Below, in pieces: positions 35,891 to 48,135 of a stretch of DNA of 64,000 bases; position 1 is the first letter of the stretch, and each line of letters opens with the position of its first letter. Both the position numbers and the translations under genes were made by a program. A model generated the notes under the pieces. That model had not been told where the DNA came from. It saw nothing but the letters and a program-made list of their open reading frames with translations, and made no database searches. Where the stretch lies: the NCBI RefSeq assembly GCF_963921235.1, contig NC_086097.1, positions 133,734,001 to 133,798,000 of the forward strand, in the 5' to 3' direction. The DNA is from Mobula hypostoma (taxonomy: Eukaryota).

Positions 35891-37109
35891 CTCGGCTCAG
35901 GATTTAATACAATATCAAACTTGTAAACAGCCTGGTTCACCTACTTACATTTGTCAAAGAGGAAGAAGCAGAGGTGGTTTGGAACTGAATATGCCTTCTC
36001 TATATCTACTCTTTTAAATATTTTCACCATTATCGATCTTCCACAGAGAGAATAAGACTGGCATCACAATGCTGAATAGCTGAATTTTAGCTGAAATGTA
36101 TCTTGGGAAGGAGAGAGAATAATGAGGTGAACTTCAGCACCAAAGTCTGATGGTTCCTTACATTGGGATAGAAAGACCAAAAAGTACGAACTGTGGGTGG
36201 GGGTCAGGCAAATAAACATCGAAATAACATTACAGAGAAAGAGATAAATTCAATCCAAAAACATTCCCAGAAATAAAAAAAACAAAGCTACATTGATTAT
36301 GTAGAATATGATTCTTTTTAATAGGGTGATTTATTACGCTTGCATGCATTTATATATGGAACACATCATATAACATTGCAGAATGCTGTTTTAATATGTT
36401 AGCATCTGTCTTACTCAATCAAAGCTAGTTTACAACAGGGATCAAGTAACGTTATACTTAATGTTAAATGTGTTCAGAAACTTCCAAATTAAAACTGTTG
36501 TGTTTGATTTTAATAAATCACCCTACATCACCAATATTTCATTTTTTCAGGATTTGGAACAGTAAGTGTGACCATCAATTATTGCCCAAATTTAATTGCG
36601 CTTGAGAAGATGGTGGTGAGCCAGCCTTTGGGACTGTGACAGTCCTTCTGGTGAAAGTGCTCTCACAGTAAGGTTGGGAGGGAGTTCCAGTTCCCAAATT
36701 TAGATCCAGTGACAAAGGAGGACTTGTGAAATACTTCCAAGTCAGGATAGTGGTGAACATCAAGGAGGTGGCAATCCTAAACAACTGCTACCTTTGCCTT
36801 CCTTGATGATAACAACCTTGGTCTTGGGAGGTGCTGTCATAATGGCTTACATGACTACATGCAGTGAACTTTATACAACCTAAATGTCTATATGAAAAGA
36901 TAAATTTTTGCAGTGTTATGATGATAGAACAGGGGACTGGACTACCTTTTTCAGAGGGCCACCATAAACACAATGATCCATGTGGCTCATAATTCAGAAA
37001 TCAACCAATATAAGCAACCTTGATGTCTTTCTCATTGTAATGTGATAGGACACTGTTCGTAGAACTTATTGTTTTCTCTCTCAGTTCTTCCATGGTTTCC
37101 TGTTTGGTA

Positions 37110-37790
37110 ATGCCGCAGTTGGCCAGATCTCAAATTTGATGAGATGGAGTACAAGAAGGAGATGAGAGCCTAGTGGCATAATGACAAAACAATAACCTCT
37201 CCTTCAAAGGCAGGAAAAAAACAAAGAAAACTGGTCATTGACTTCAAGAATTGGGCTAGAGGACATGCTTCTGTCTGTATCAATGTTGCTGAGGTTGAGA
37301 TGGTTGAGAAATTCAATGATGTAAAACTTACAATAATTATCATGGTCCAGCCACATAGATGCCATGACCGGGAAAGCACACGAGTGTCTCTACTTTCTCA
37401 GAATGTTAAAGAAATTCAACATGTCCCTGACAACTCACATCAACTCTAACAGATGCACCATATAAAGTATCCTATTCAGATGGGTGACTCTTTAGTATGG
37501 CAACTGCTCTGCCTGTGACCACAAGAAATTACAAAGAGTTGTAAACGCACTCCAGACCATCACATAGATGAGCCTTCCTTCCATTGACACCATCTACACT
37601 TCCTGCTGCCTCAGGAAAGAAGCCTACTTAATCAAGAACTTCTCAACCCCGTCATTTTCTCTTCAAACCCTTCCATCAGGCAGTGAATACAAAATCTTGA
37701 GAGTATGTCTCATCAGGTTCAAGGATGGCTTCTCTTCTGTTGTTGTCAAACTCTCGTATGGGCCTCTTATATGCTAAACAATGAACTCTG
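37110..37790 (+). mobile_element. Rex1/Babar-like 3' fragment, degraded
   Basis: Decayed KTKKLVIDF, CLYFLRMLKKF and LPSIDTIYTSCCLRK. Confidence 0.75.
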
Positions 37791-38179
37791 GATCTTCAAA
37801 TTCACCTTGCCCTAGCCCTTGCAGAATCAGAAATGGAATCTGGTTTATTATCTCTGAAGTATGTCGTGAAATTTGTTGTCTTGCAGTAGCAGTACATTGC
37901 AATACATAAAAAGTACTATAAATCACAATAAGAAATATAAGTAAATAAATGTATAACTGTACTGCCCTGGGTAAGATTTCAAAATGTTAAAATATTTGCT
38001 CAGATTTCATCTCCATATTGAGCCGGGAAAGTGTACAGTCCATCCACCACCATTACTTTTATTATGGTTCAAGTCCCATTCCAATTAAGATATCCACTAC
38101 TGTCTTTGTTAGATATAAAAGCCACTTCCCGTCAGTTTGTAGCCTTAAGTGTCAGAATGATGTTCGAGAAATGGAACTG

Positions 38180-39065
38180 ATCGCTCCCTATGTGACTCCC
38201 TTGTTCACTCGTCTCTCCCCACTGATCTCCCTCCAGGTACTTATCCTTGCAAGTGGAATAAGTGCTACACTTCCCCCCTCACTACTAAACAGTCCTCCCT
38301 GGTGAGGCAACACTTCACTTCACCTGTGAGACTGTGGGGGTTATTTACTGCATCTGGTGCTGCTGGTGTGGCCTCCTGTTTATCGGTGAGACCCGACGCA
38401 GATTGGCAGACCACTTCAACGAGCACCTATGCCCTGTCCACCAGAAAAAGCAGAATCTCCTGGTAGCCCCCCATTTCAATTCTACTTCTTCCCATTCCCA
38501 TTCCGACATGTCAGTCCATGGCCTCCTCTACTGCCGCAATGAGGCCACACTCAGTTGGAGGAGCAACAGCTTATAATCCGTCTGAGAAGCCTCCAACCTG
38601 ATGGTATGAGCATCAATTTCTCAAACTTCCAGTAATTATCCCCCCCCTCACCATTCCCTATTCCTGTTTCCCTCACTCACCTTTTCGTCTTATCTGCCTA
38701 TCACCTCCCTCTGAAGATCCTCCTCCTTCCTATTCCTCCATGGTCTAGCCTCTCCTATCAGATTCATCCCCCCCAGCTCTTTATCTCTTTCACCAATCAA
38801 CTTTCCAGTTCTTTACTTCACCCCTCTCCCCCTCCCAGTTTCACCCATCACCTGCCATCTTGCTTCTATTTCTTCCTGCCCCCTCTCACTCCCCCACCTT
38901 CTTTTCCTAACTTCTCTTTTTTTCCCAGTTCTTATAAAGTATCTTGGCCCAAAATGTTAACTGTTTACTCTTTTCCATAGAGGCTGCCCGGCCTGCTGAG
39001 TTCCTCCAGCATTTTGTTATGTGTTGCTTTGGATTTCCAACATCAGTAGATTTTCTCATGTTTGT
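38180..39065 (+). mobile_element. Penelope-like element 3' fragment (decayed GIY-YIG + pLTR)
   Basis: VIYCIWCCWCGLLFIGETRRRLADHFNEH; pyrimidine-rich pLTR; mutated hammerhead motif at about 38927-38965. Confidence 0.85.
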
Positions 39066-39441
39066 AAGGCTACCTTTAGCCCTTTGTCCTTAAAAGACTG
39101 TACGACATAGGGTTGATGTTGGGAATGCAGCAAAGCTTTTGCAGGGAAGGATAATTTATTAAACATTGCCCCAAATTACTTTTGAAGCTAGGATTACCGG
39201 TCTAGGCCTTTTTTCTTTGGAGCAAAAGAAGATGACTTAACAGAGGAATACAAGATGATAAGAGGCATAGATCAAGTTGATAGCCGGAGATATTTTCCCA
39301 GGGTGGTAATGACTAATACAAGGGGACAAATTTTAAGGTGATTGGAGGAAATTATGGGGGATGTCAGAGTTAAGTTCTTTACACAAAGTGGTGTGTGTTT
39401 AGAAAACCCTGCCGGGGTAACGGTTGAAACAGATAAATTTC

Positions 39442-40110
39442 AGGAGGAGAGGAGAAGATGGTGGCGCGATGCAGCGCGCGCGGCCGTTCTGAATGAATAT
39501 CGATCTAATCCTAGCTTCAAAAGTGTAACTAGGGGGCTGTGCACAATTCAGATTTGATGGAGACAGCCGTGAGAAGCGCAGAGGAACACCTGGAGTAACT
39601 TCTGAAATGCCTGCTTCACTGCCGCTGCTACTGTGCGATCGAGAATCTCCGGAGACGAAGGCCCCAAACCCTCGGCTTTGCGTATCACCTGTTGCTGGGG
39701 CCGGGGTCGAAGCGCTTGGCAGAGATGGTGCTCGGTGCTCGGTGTCGAAGAGGTGGTCAGAGGCTCGGAGTTTTCTGACAGACTCAGAGTCGGACTGTGG
39801 TCAGATGCTTCCAGGATGTTGCATCGGCAAGTTGGCGGCGCTGGAGGTTTACCGTCTGCGTGAGATGATGGGACTTTCCAAAGACTTTGAGACTTTTACT
39901 GTGCCATGGTCTGTTCTTATCAAATTACAGTATTGCTTTGCACTGTTGTAACTGTATGCTATAATTATGTGGTTTTTGTTAGTTTTTAAGTCGGTTTGTC
40001 ATGTGTTTTCGTGATACCATTCTGGAAAAACATTATATCATTTCTTAATGCATGTATTACTAAATGACAATAAAAGGGGACTGCGTGTCTTCATAATCAT
40101 AATCATAATT
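39442..40110 (+). mobile_element. Non-autonomous retroposon, family B copy 2, inserted in a CR1 3' end (39190-39441 / 41060-41200)
   Basis: ggaggagaggagaagatggtggcgcg start; AATAAA plus (AATCAT)n tail; homologous to copies 1 and 3. Confidence 0.85.
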
Positions 40111-40139
40111 AGTAGCACTTAAGAATCTCTTAAATACAG

Positions 40140-41060
40140 AATCGAAGGTGAGGACATCCAGGAGGGACACTGAAAACCTGGCTGAATGGTGGCACAACAG
40201 GAACATTTCACTCAACGCCAACAAAGCCAAAGAGCTGATTTTTGAATACAGGTAGAAGAAACCGGGGTCTATGTGCGAGTCCTTCATCAGGCGATCAGAG
40301 TTGGAAAGGGTCAGTATCTTTAAATTCCTTGGTGTTATCATTTCAGAGGATTTCTCCTGGGTCCAATATGTGAAGAAAGTGCCATTACAAAGAATCTTGG
40401 GCAGCGCATCTACTTTCTTAGAAGTTTGTGAAGGTTCAATCTGTCATCTAAAACTTTGACAAACTTCTATAGATGCATGGTGGAGAGTATACTGACTGTT
40501 TGCATCATGGCTTGGTATGGAAATGCCAATGCCTTTGAACAGAAAACCTACAAAAGCTGGTGTCCATCCAGGCAGTCCATCACCACTGAGCACATCTACA
40601 AGGAGCAATGTTGCAGGAAAGCAGCATCCATCATCAATGAGCCCCACCATCCAGGCCATCCTCTCATCTCACTACTGTAATCAGGAAAAAAGTAAAGAAG
40701 CCTTAGGTTCCACACCAACAAGTTCAGGAACAGTTATTACCCTTCAACTATCAGGGTCCTGAACCAGGGATAACCTCACTCACAACAGCACAACCTATGG
40801 ACTCACTTTCAAGGACTCTACAACTCATGTTCTCGATATTACTAATTTATCTATTTATATTATTTTTTTCTTGTTGTATTTGCGCAATTTGTTGTCTTTT
40901 GCACATTGGCAGTTTGTCAGTCTTTGTTTGAATGTAGTTTTTATTGATTCTATTGTATTTCTTTCTTCTATTATAAATGCCTACAAGAAAATGAATCTCA
41001 GAGTAGAATATAGTGACATATATGTACTTTGAGAATAAATTTACTTTGAACTTTGAACTC
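40140..41060 (+). mobile_element. Rex1/Babar-like 3' fragment
   Basis: LERVSIFKFLGVIISED; TNFYRCMVESILTVCIMAWYG; aataaatttactttgaactttgaa tail. Confidence 0.85.
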
Positions 41061-41699
41061 ATTGATAGGCATGTGCATGATAGATAAATGGAGGTCTATG
41101 TAAGAGAGAAGGGCTAGATCCAGAATAGGTTAAAGGGATGCAGAACATCATGGGCCGAAGGGCCTGTGCTGTGCTCTAATATTCTAAGTTCTATGTACTT
41201 CAGTCCAATATCAGAGAATTCTGAAAGATGCTTTTGATGTCACAACGGCAACTATGCTGGAGTTCTGAAGTGCATCAATATGTTTGTTATCCTTTCATCC
41301 TCTTTGAGATGGATTATTTTGTCTTCTTTAGCTGTGGGGGGAAGCTTGTTCTTTCAGATGATACATTTCACTGGGGATGAGTTTTCCCTTGAGGTTCAGG
41401 AGGATTGTGGTGCTAATCATGTCCTCAAAGGGAGAGCTAATAATGACAGGACTAGTGGGATGCAGTTTTGGGGCTTTGCACATTGCTTGAAGCACACAGG
41501 AAGCAAAAATATGAAATGCTTCTCCTATAAATGTGATTTTTGATATTGATGGATTAGCTCATATAGATTAAGGGGTGCTACTTAAAGACAATCAAATGGC
41601 AACATCTGGAGACGCACTTGGAGTCTGAACGGGTACCAGGATGATAGTAAATGTCAATTCACTGTAATTTGAGTACATGAGAAGCTGTGTAAGAATGTA

Positions 41700-43670
41700 A
41701 GGCAAAGCCCAATACATCACAGGAACATCCCTCCCCACTACTAGTAGTATTTACATGAAGTGCTGCCTCATCAAAGACCCACACTAGCTGGGCTATGCCA
41801 TCTTCTCACAGCTCCCATCAGACAGGAGGTACAGAACCCTAAAGTCCCACACAAACAGCTACTTCCATTCAACCAATTGCTTCTTGTGCCAACCTACTGT
41901 GCATAACTCTGATTACTGCCTTATTAGAGCAACACTATGAGCACTTTGCACTATAATGGCCTTTGTTTTGTTCTAAATGTGTTCTTTCTTCAGTCACTTT
42001 CAATTATTTATGTTTTGTTTATGTTTTTCTTGTGGATGTTGTGTCTCTGATGCTATGTGCCTGTGATGCTGCTGCAGGTCAGACTTTCATTGCATCAGTG
42101 CAGAGAAGTAGCTTTGCGCATGACGATCAACTCGACTTTGCTTCTGGTAAACTGGGCTATTATTGTCACGTATATGGAAGTGCAGTGAAAAGCTTGACTT
42201 GCATACTGTCCATAGAGATCAATTCATCACAACAGTGCTTTGAGGCAGTACAGGGTAAAGCAATGACAGAATGCAGAATGGAAGTGTAACAGTTACAGAA
42301 AATGTGTGTTGCAGGTAGAGGACAAGTGTACGGCCATAATGAGGTAGACTGAGATCAAGCATCCATCTTTACATACAAATGAACTGTTCAGTGGTCTTAT
42401 ACCAGTAGTACAGAAGCTGTTCTTGATGGTATGTGCATTCAGGCTTTTCTAACTTCTGCCAGGTGACAGTGGGTGAAGAGAGAATGTCTAGAGTGAATGG
42501 GGGTCTTTGATTATGCTGGCGAGAAGTGAGACGGAGTCCATGGAGGGGAGGCTGGTTTCCATTATGTGCTGAGTGTGTCACAATGCTCTGCAGTTCCTTG
42601 GGCGGAGCTGCTTCCATACTAAGCTGTGAAGCATCTAGGTAGGATGCTATCTACCTAGATAGGTGCATCGATAAAATTTAGTCAAAAGTCAAGGGGAGAT
42701 ACCAAAATTGTTTAGACTCCTAAGGAAGTAGAGGTGCTGGTGAGTTTTTATGTCCTTGGTGTCAGTATGGTTAGATCTGGCTGTTGGTGATGTTCACGCC
42801 TAGGAACTTGAGGCTTTCCTCTCTTGACTTCAGCACCATTGATGTAAACAAGACTGTGTGCACAGACTGCCCTCCCTAAAGTAAATGGCCAGTTCTTTTG
42901 TTTTGCTGATATTGAAGGAGTGGAAATGTACTTTAACTGCAGTAACAAAATGGCATTTTTGTCTGTAACAAAATGGAACCTGTGTTGTACCAGAGTACTT
43001 TGCTAATAGTATTTGTGCAACATTATGCCGATGAAACCTGAGAAATTGACAAACTGCAGACCCACAGATGCATTACTGGGAGAATGCCAAATACACTGAT
43101 TAAGCAGACAAACATCCTGTCCTTGAACTTGTGTATAAAGGAGTGAATATGCTGTCTGTTTTTTCGAAAGTTTCACCGGCTCTTGTGTGGTGCTAGTCTT
43201 CCCTTGCTGCAAGTAAAATGAATGCACTAATGATTGATCCACTCTGAGTTAATTGTTGTTTGTTATAAGACATAATGGAAAGGTGTTTGACAAGGGAAGA
43301 TATTTGTCATGACACCATGTCACTAGGCTCTTTTCTTCTCTTACCTGTTAGAGATATAGCCCACAACGGTGATATCATCTGCAAAGCTGTAGATAGAGTT
43401 GAAGTAGAGTATGGCCACACACAGTCATAAGAGTATAGGGAGTAGTTTTGCTGAGGATGCAGCCTCATGGGGCGCCAGAGTGGGAATAATTGCAGTGAAG
43501 GTTTTGCTGCCTGTCCTTACCAATTTCAATTTGTTGGTCAGGAAGTCAAGGATCTATTTGCAAAGGGAAATATTGAGTCACAGATCTAGGAGTTTCAAGT
43601 TAAGCTTGCTTGGAACTATGGCATTAAGAGTAGAGCTGTAGTTAATAAACAATAGTCTACTGTAAGTGTC
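41700..43670. mobile_element. Cluster of old Rex1/Babar-like fragments (41700-42140 +; 42150-42920 and 43310-43670 -)
   Basis: Decayed ORF ends and tails; minus-strand LLFINYSSTLNAIVPSKL RT motif. The stretch 42920-43310 is unassigned. Confidence 0.6.
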
Positions 43671-43724
43671 AATACTCTCCAGTACTTCAGAGATGCATGT
43701 ATGGCTAGGGAGATGGTGTAAACT

Positions 43725-44790
43725 CTTCTTTAAACTCCTAAGGAAAAAGAGGCATTGCCGTGCTTTCTTTGTAATTGCACTTGCTTGCTGGGCCCAGGAC
43801 ATGTCCTCTGAAATAATAACACTATGGAATTTTAAGTTGCTGACTCTCTCCATCTCTGATCCACTGTTGAGAACTAGCTCATGGACTTCTGGCTTCCTTC
43901 TCCTGAAGTCAATAATTAGTGCCTTGGTTTTGTTGACGTTGAGTAAGAGGTTGATGTTATGGCACCACTCAGCCAGATTTTTAATCCCCCCCCCCTATTT
44001 GCTGATACATCACTGCCTTTCTTTCAGTGTATGACAGCGGTGTCATCAGCCAACTTCAATGCGGCATTGGAGCTGTGCTTAGCCACACAGTGACAAGGAT
44101 AAAGCCAACAGAGCAGGGGACTAACCGCACAGCCGTGTGGTTCACATGTGCTGATGGGAGATGTTGTTACCAATCCAAAATGACTGGGGTCTGCAAGTGA
44201 GGAAATCAAGAATCCAGTTGCACAAGGAGGTTTGAAGGCCCAGGTCTTGGAGCTTATTGATTAATTTTGAGGGGATGATGGTGTTGAATGCTGAGCTGTA
44301 GTTGATAAAGGGCATCTGATGTATGTATATTTGTTGTCCAAGTTCCAGAGGTGAGTGAAGAACCAATGAAGTGGTACCTGCTGTGGACCTGTTGCTTCTG
44401 TAGGCAAATTGGAGCAGACCAAAGTTGCTTCTCAGGCAAGAGTTGATATGTTTCATCACCCCTCAAAACACTTCATCATTGTGGATGCATGCTACTGGGC
44501 GATAGTCATTGAGGCAGATTACCGTGTTTGTCTCAGGCACTGGTATAATTGAAGGCTGCTTGAAGCATGTGGGTACCTCAAACTGCCAAAGCGAGAGGTT
44601 AAGGATCTCAGTGAACACTCCAGCTAGTTGATCAGCACAGGTCTTCAGTACTTGGCCATGTACCCCATCTGGGCTCGATGCTTTTTGTGTGTTCACCCTC
44701 CTGAAGGCTGCTCACACGTTGGCCTCACAGACTGAAATCATAGGATCATCAGCGTTTGCAGACGTTCATGGTGGTGCCTACATGTTTTGA
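43725..44790 (-). mobile_element. Rex1/Babar-like RT pseudogene fragment
   Basis: [20 protein letters not shown]; LNDYRPVA; LQFAYRSNRST; NYSSAFNTIIP; LKLADD; ERVSNLKF...ARQCLFFLR. Confidence 0.9.
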
Positions 44791-44880
44791 CATTAAGGCA
44801 TATAACCTTGTTTTCCTTTGAATCTGTATTAAGGAGAAATGGCTGCTAACCTCTGGAGATTAGAAACATAAGCTATGTTT

Positions 44881-46336
44881 CAGCTATGTGGAGTACTTCG
44901 CCATGTATTCAACCTGAGCCTGAGGCTCCGGAGGGCTCCTGTACTGTGGAAGACATCCTGCCTCGTCCCTGTGCCGAAGACGCCGCGCCCCAGCGGCCTC
45001 AATGACTACAGACCGGTGGCATTGACCTCCCACATCATGAAGACCCTGGAGAGACTTGTTCTGGAGCTGCTCCAGCCTATGGTCAGGCCACACTTAGATC
45101 CCCTCCAGTTCGCCTACCAGCCCCGACTAGGAGTTGAGGATGCCATCGTCTACCTGCTGAACCATGTCTACGCCCACCTGGACAAGTCAGTGAGCACTGT
45201 AAGGGTCATGTTTTTTGACTTCTCCAGTGCCTTCAACACCATCCGCCCTGCTCTACTGGGGGAGAAGCTGACAGCGATGCAGGTGGATACTTCCCTGGTA
45301 TCATGGATTCTTGATTACCTGACTGGCAGACTACAGTACGTGTGCTTGCAACACTGTGTGTCCGACAGAGCGATCAGCAGCACTCGGGCTCCACAGGGGA
45401 CTGTCTTGTCTCCCTTTCTCTTCACCATTTACACCTCAGACTTCAACTACTGCACAGAGTCTTGTCATCTTCAGAAGTTTTCTGATGACTCTACCATAGT
45501 TGGATGCATCATCAAGGGAGATGAGGCTGAGTACAGGGCTATGGTAGGAAACTTTGTCACATGGTGTGAACAGAATTATCTGCAGCTTAATGTGAAAAAG
45601 ACTAAGGAGCTGGTGGTAGACCTGAGGAGAGCTAAGGTACCGGTGACCCCTGTTTCCATCCAGGGGGTCAGTGTGGATATGGTGGAGGATTACAAACACC
45701 TGGGGATACGAATTGACAATAAACTGGACTGGTCTAAGAACACTGAGGCTGTCTACAAGAAGGGTCAAAGCCGTCTCTATTTCCTGAGGAGACTGAGGTC
45801 CTTTAACATCTGCCAGACGATGCTGAGGATGTTCTACGAGTCTGTGGTGGCCAGTGCTATCATGTTTGCTGTTGTGTGCTGGGGTAGCAGACACCAACAG
45901 AATCAACAAACTCATTCGTAAGGCCAGTGATGTTGTGGGGATGGAACTGGACTCTCTCACGGTGGTGTCTGAAAAGAGGATGCTGTCTAAGTTGCATGCC
46001 ATCTTGGTCAATGTCTCCTATCCACTACCTAATGTACTGGTTGGGCACAGGAGTACATTCAGCCAGAAACTCATTCCACCAAGATGCAGCACAGAGCGTC
46101 ATAGGAAGTCATTCCTGCCTGTGGCCATCAAACTTTACAACTCCTCCCTTGGAGGTTCAGACACCCTGAGCCGATAGGCTGGTCCTGGACTTATTTCATA
46201 TTTTACTGGCATAATTTACATATTATTATTTAACTATTTATGGTTCTATTACTATTTATTATTTATGGTGCAACTGTAACGAAAACCAATTTCCCCCGGG
46301 ATCAATAAAGTATGATTATGACTATGACTACGACTA
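44881..46336 (+). mobile_element. Young Rex1 LINE, 5'-truncated; RT domain open (ORF 44875-45921) with one frameshift near 45887
   Basis: [56 protein letters not shown]. The C-terminus continues in ORF 45854-46177. Ends in aatttcccccgggatcaataaag and a (TATGAC)n tail. Confidence 0.95.
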
Positions 46337-46519
46337 TAAGGTAGAATCTCTGAAATGTAAGACAAAGAGAGGGATTGATGGAGTGGATGCTGAGAAGATC
46401 TTTGGGACTGGAACTAGATATTGGGATGCAGTCTCAGAATAAGTGGTCCTCATCATCTTCTCTGTTCTCCTCCCACCCAATGGGCAGAAGATACAAAAAC
46501 CTGCGAGCACATATCACCA

Positions 46520-46885
46520 TAGGAGGACTATGGGTGAGACTAGAACTAGAGGTCATAGGTTAAAGACGAAAGGTGAAATATTTAAGGGGAACCTGTAGGG
46601 GAATTTTTTTACTCTGAGGATGGTGAAAGTGCGCAATAAACTGCCAGTGGAAGTGATGGCTTGGGCATTTAAAAGAAGTTTTAATCAGTGCATGATGAGA
46701 GGGATATTGAAGCCGAAGGGCCTGTTTCTGGGTTGTAGTAAATCGTAAACACAAAATAATCGCCAAATGCTGTTGTCAAAGGAACACTCACAATGCGCTG
46801 GAGGAACTCAGACCTGCTGAGTTCCTCCAGCGCATTATGAGTGTTCCTCTGGGTTGTAGTGCTCTATGACCCTGTGACTCTATGA
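46520..46885 (+). mobile_element. CR1 3' tail interrupted by a hairpin insertion
   Basis: gagactagaactagaggtcat (TRTRGH) through gggcctgtttctg and a ctatgac tail. Confidence 0.75.
46740..46847. mobile_element. Miniature pLTR-derived fold-back insertion with 13 bp TSD
   Basis: tctgggttgtagt at 46727-46739 and 46848-46860. Arms 46780-46811 and 46817-46848 pair at 31/32 positions. Contains the pLTR motif ctgctgagttcctccagc. Confidence 0.85.
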
Positions 46886-47644
46886 CCATGACCATACACA
46901 GCTTTTTACTCACTATTATCCGATTTTTGAATGGATCACTTGTATGATAAAGATGAACTTTGGATCTCCCAGTCTACCTTGCGGTTATTCTTGCACTTTA
47001 TTTCCCACCTGCACCAAACTTTCTCTGTAACTCTAATATTATATTCTGCATTATGGTTTCCTTTATACTACCTTGATGTATCAAACAATTTGTATGGATT
47101 GCATGCAAATGAAAGCTTTTCATTATATATTAGTACCTGTGGCAATAATAAACCTATGCCAATTCCTTTAGGAATGAAGAGAGGTACAATATTTTTTACA
47201 TAGACTATTGCAAACTGGAAATTTTTAGCCCAAGATCACTTAATATACTCAGACCAGGCAGGGAGTCACAGGACCGTGCAGGGAAAGACTTGAATATGCA
47301 GGGAATAGACCAATGCAGGCAGATAAGATTAGTTTGGTTGGAATCATGGTTGGTGTAGACATGTGGCAAAAAAGTCCTGTTCCTGTGCTATATTGTTCAA
47401 TGCTTTATTGAGATCATATGTGTTTTTAGACAAACAGAGGTTTGGGGATCTGTAAAATATAGTGCATAATTAGCCATGATAGAATTGAATCAGGAAATAG
47501 ACTTACGACATTCTCTTGCTTCTGTTGTAAATTCTGTCTATTGGCTTACCAGCAATCTATAGGAGCTTGAAGCATTTCCTTTGTGAGATGGACATGCTGT
47601 GTGTTCAGTAGAATAATGGACTTTAATATAGAGTGCTAAATCAC

Positions 47645-47915
47645 AGAAAAAGGCCTTACAGGCCATCAGGTTCACACCAGCTATTAACCACCCATTTACA
47701 CTAATCTTACATTATTCCCAGTTTTCACTCCCCGCATTCTCATCAGCTCACCCCGGTTTCCACCATTCACCACCACACTTAGGGCCAATTAATCTACCGA
47801 CCTGCATATCTTTGGGATGGGGAAGGAAACCAGAAGAAACCCAAACACAGAGCACCTGAGGTCAGGACTGAACGTACATTTTTGGAGCTGTGAGCAGCAG
47901 GCCCACTAGGTGATG
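47645..47915 (-). mobile_element. HE1/V-SINE-like element, degraded
   Basis: Antisense V-domain (ctgcatatctttgggatggggaaggaaaccaga) and tRNA-like head (gaggtcaggactgaac...ggagctgtgagcagcag). Confidence 0.6.
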
Positions 47916-47984
47916 GATTAAATGAGGTACTGAGCTGCGCTGTTGGAAATTGCGTAGGTGTTAGGAGGCGATAGGCAAAGAGTT

Positions 47985-48135
47985 TCACAGCCTTGACTTC
48001 AGCTGCTCGGGTTTTGATCTCCGGAATTATCACCGTAAATCCGTCATCTTTCAAGATTCTTTACCGATCCTACTTCTTTGACCAAACTAATAATTTCCTG
48101 TCCTAATATCTTGTTAAGTGGTTTGATGTTACATT
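47985..48135 (+). mobile_element. Old L2-like LINE 3' end
   Basis: ttcagctgctcgggt...ctccggaatt...cctacttctttgaccaa...cctgtcctaatatc resembles L2 3' ends (from memory). Confidence 0.45.

Noticed and set aside
36551-36561. Apparent plus-strand microexon ttttttcag|GATTTGGAACA|gtaagt
   Set aside because: Lies in the antisense A-rich tail of an old retroposon, which explains the pyrimidine tract.
39607-39951. MPASL... ORFs starting at the same ATG in family B copies
   Set aside because: Lengths and frames diverge between the three copies after the shared start; explained by common descent and GC richness.
45436-46011. 191 aa minus-strand ORF
   Set aside because: Antisense shadow of the intact Rex1 RT frame.
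47794-48054. Protein-like minus ORF MKDDGFTVIIPEIKTRAAEVKA
   Set aside because: Overlaps the antisense of an old L2-like tail and a SINE head; no convincing splice sites.
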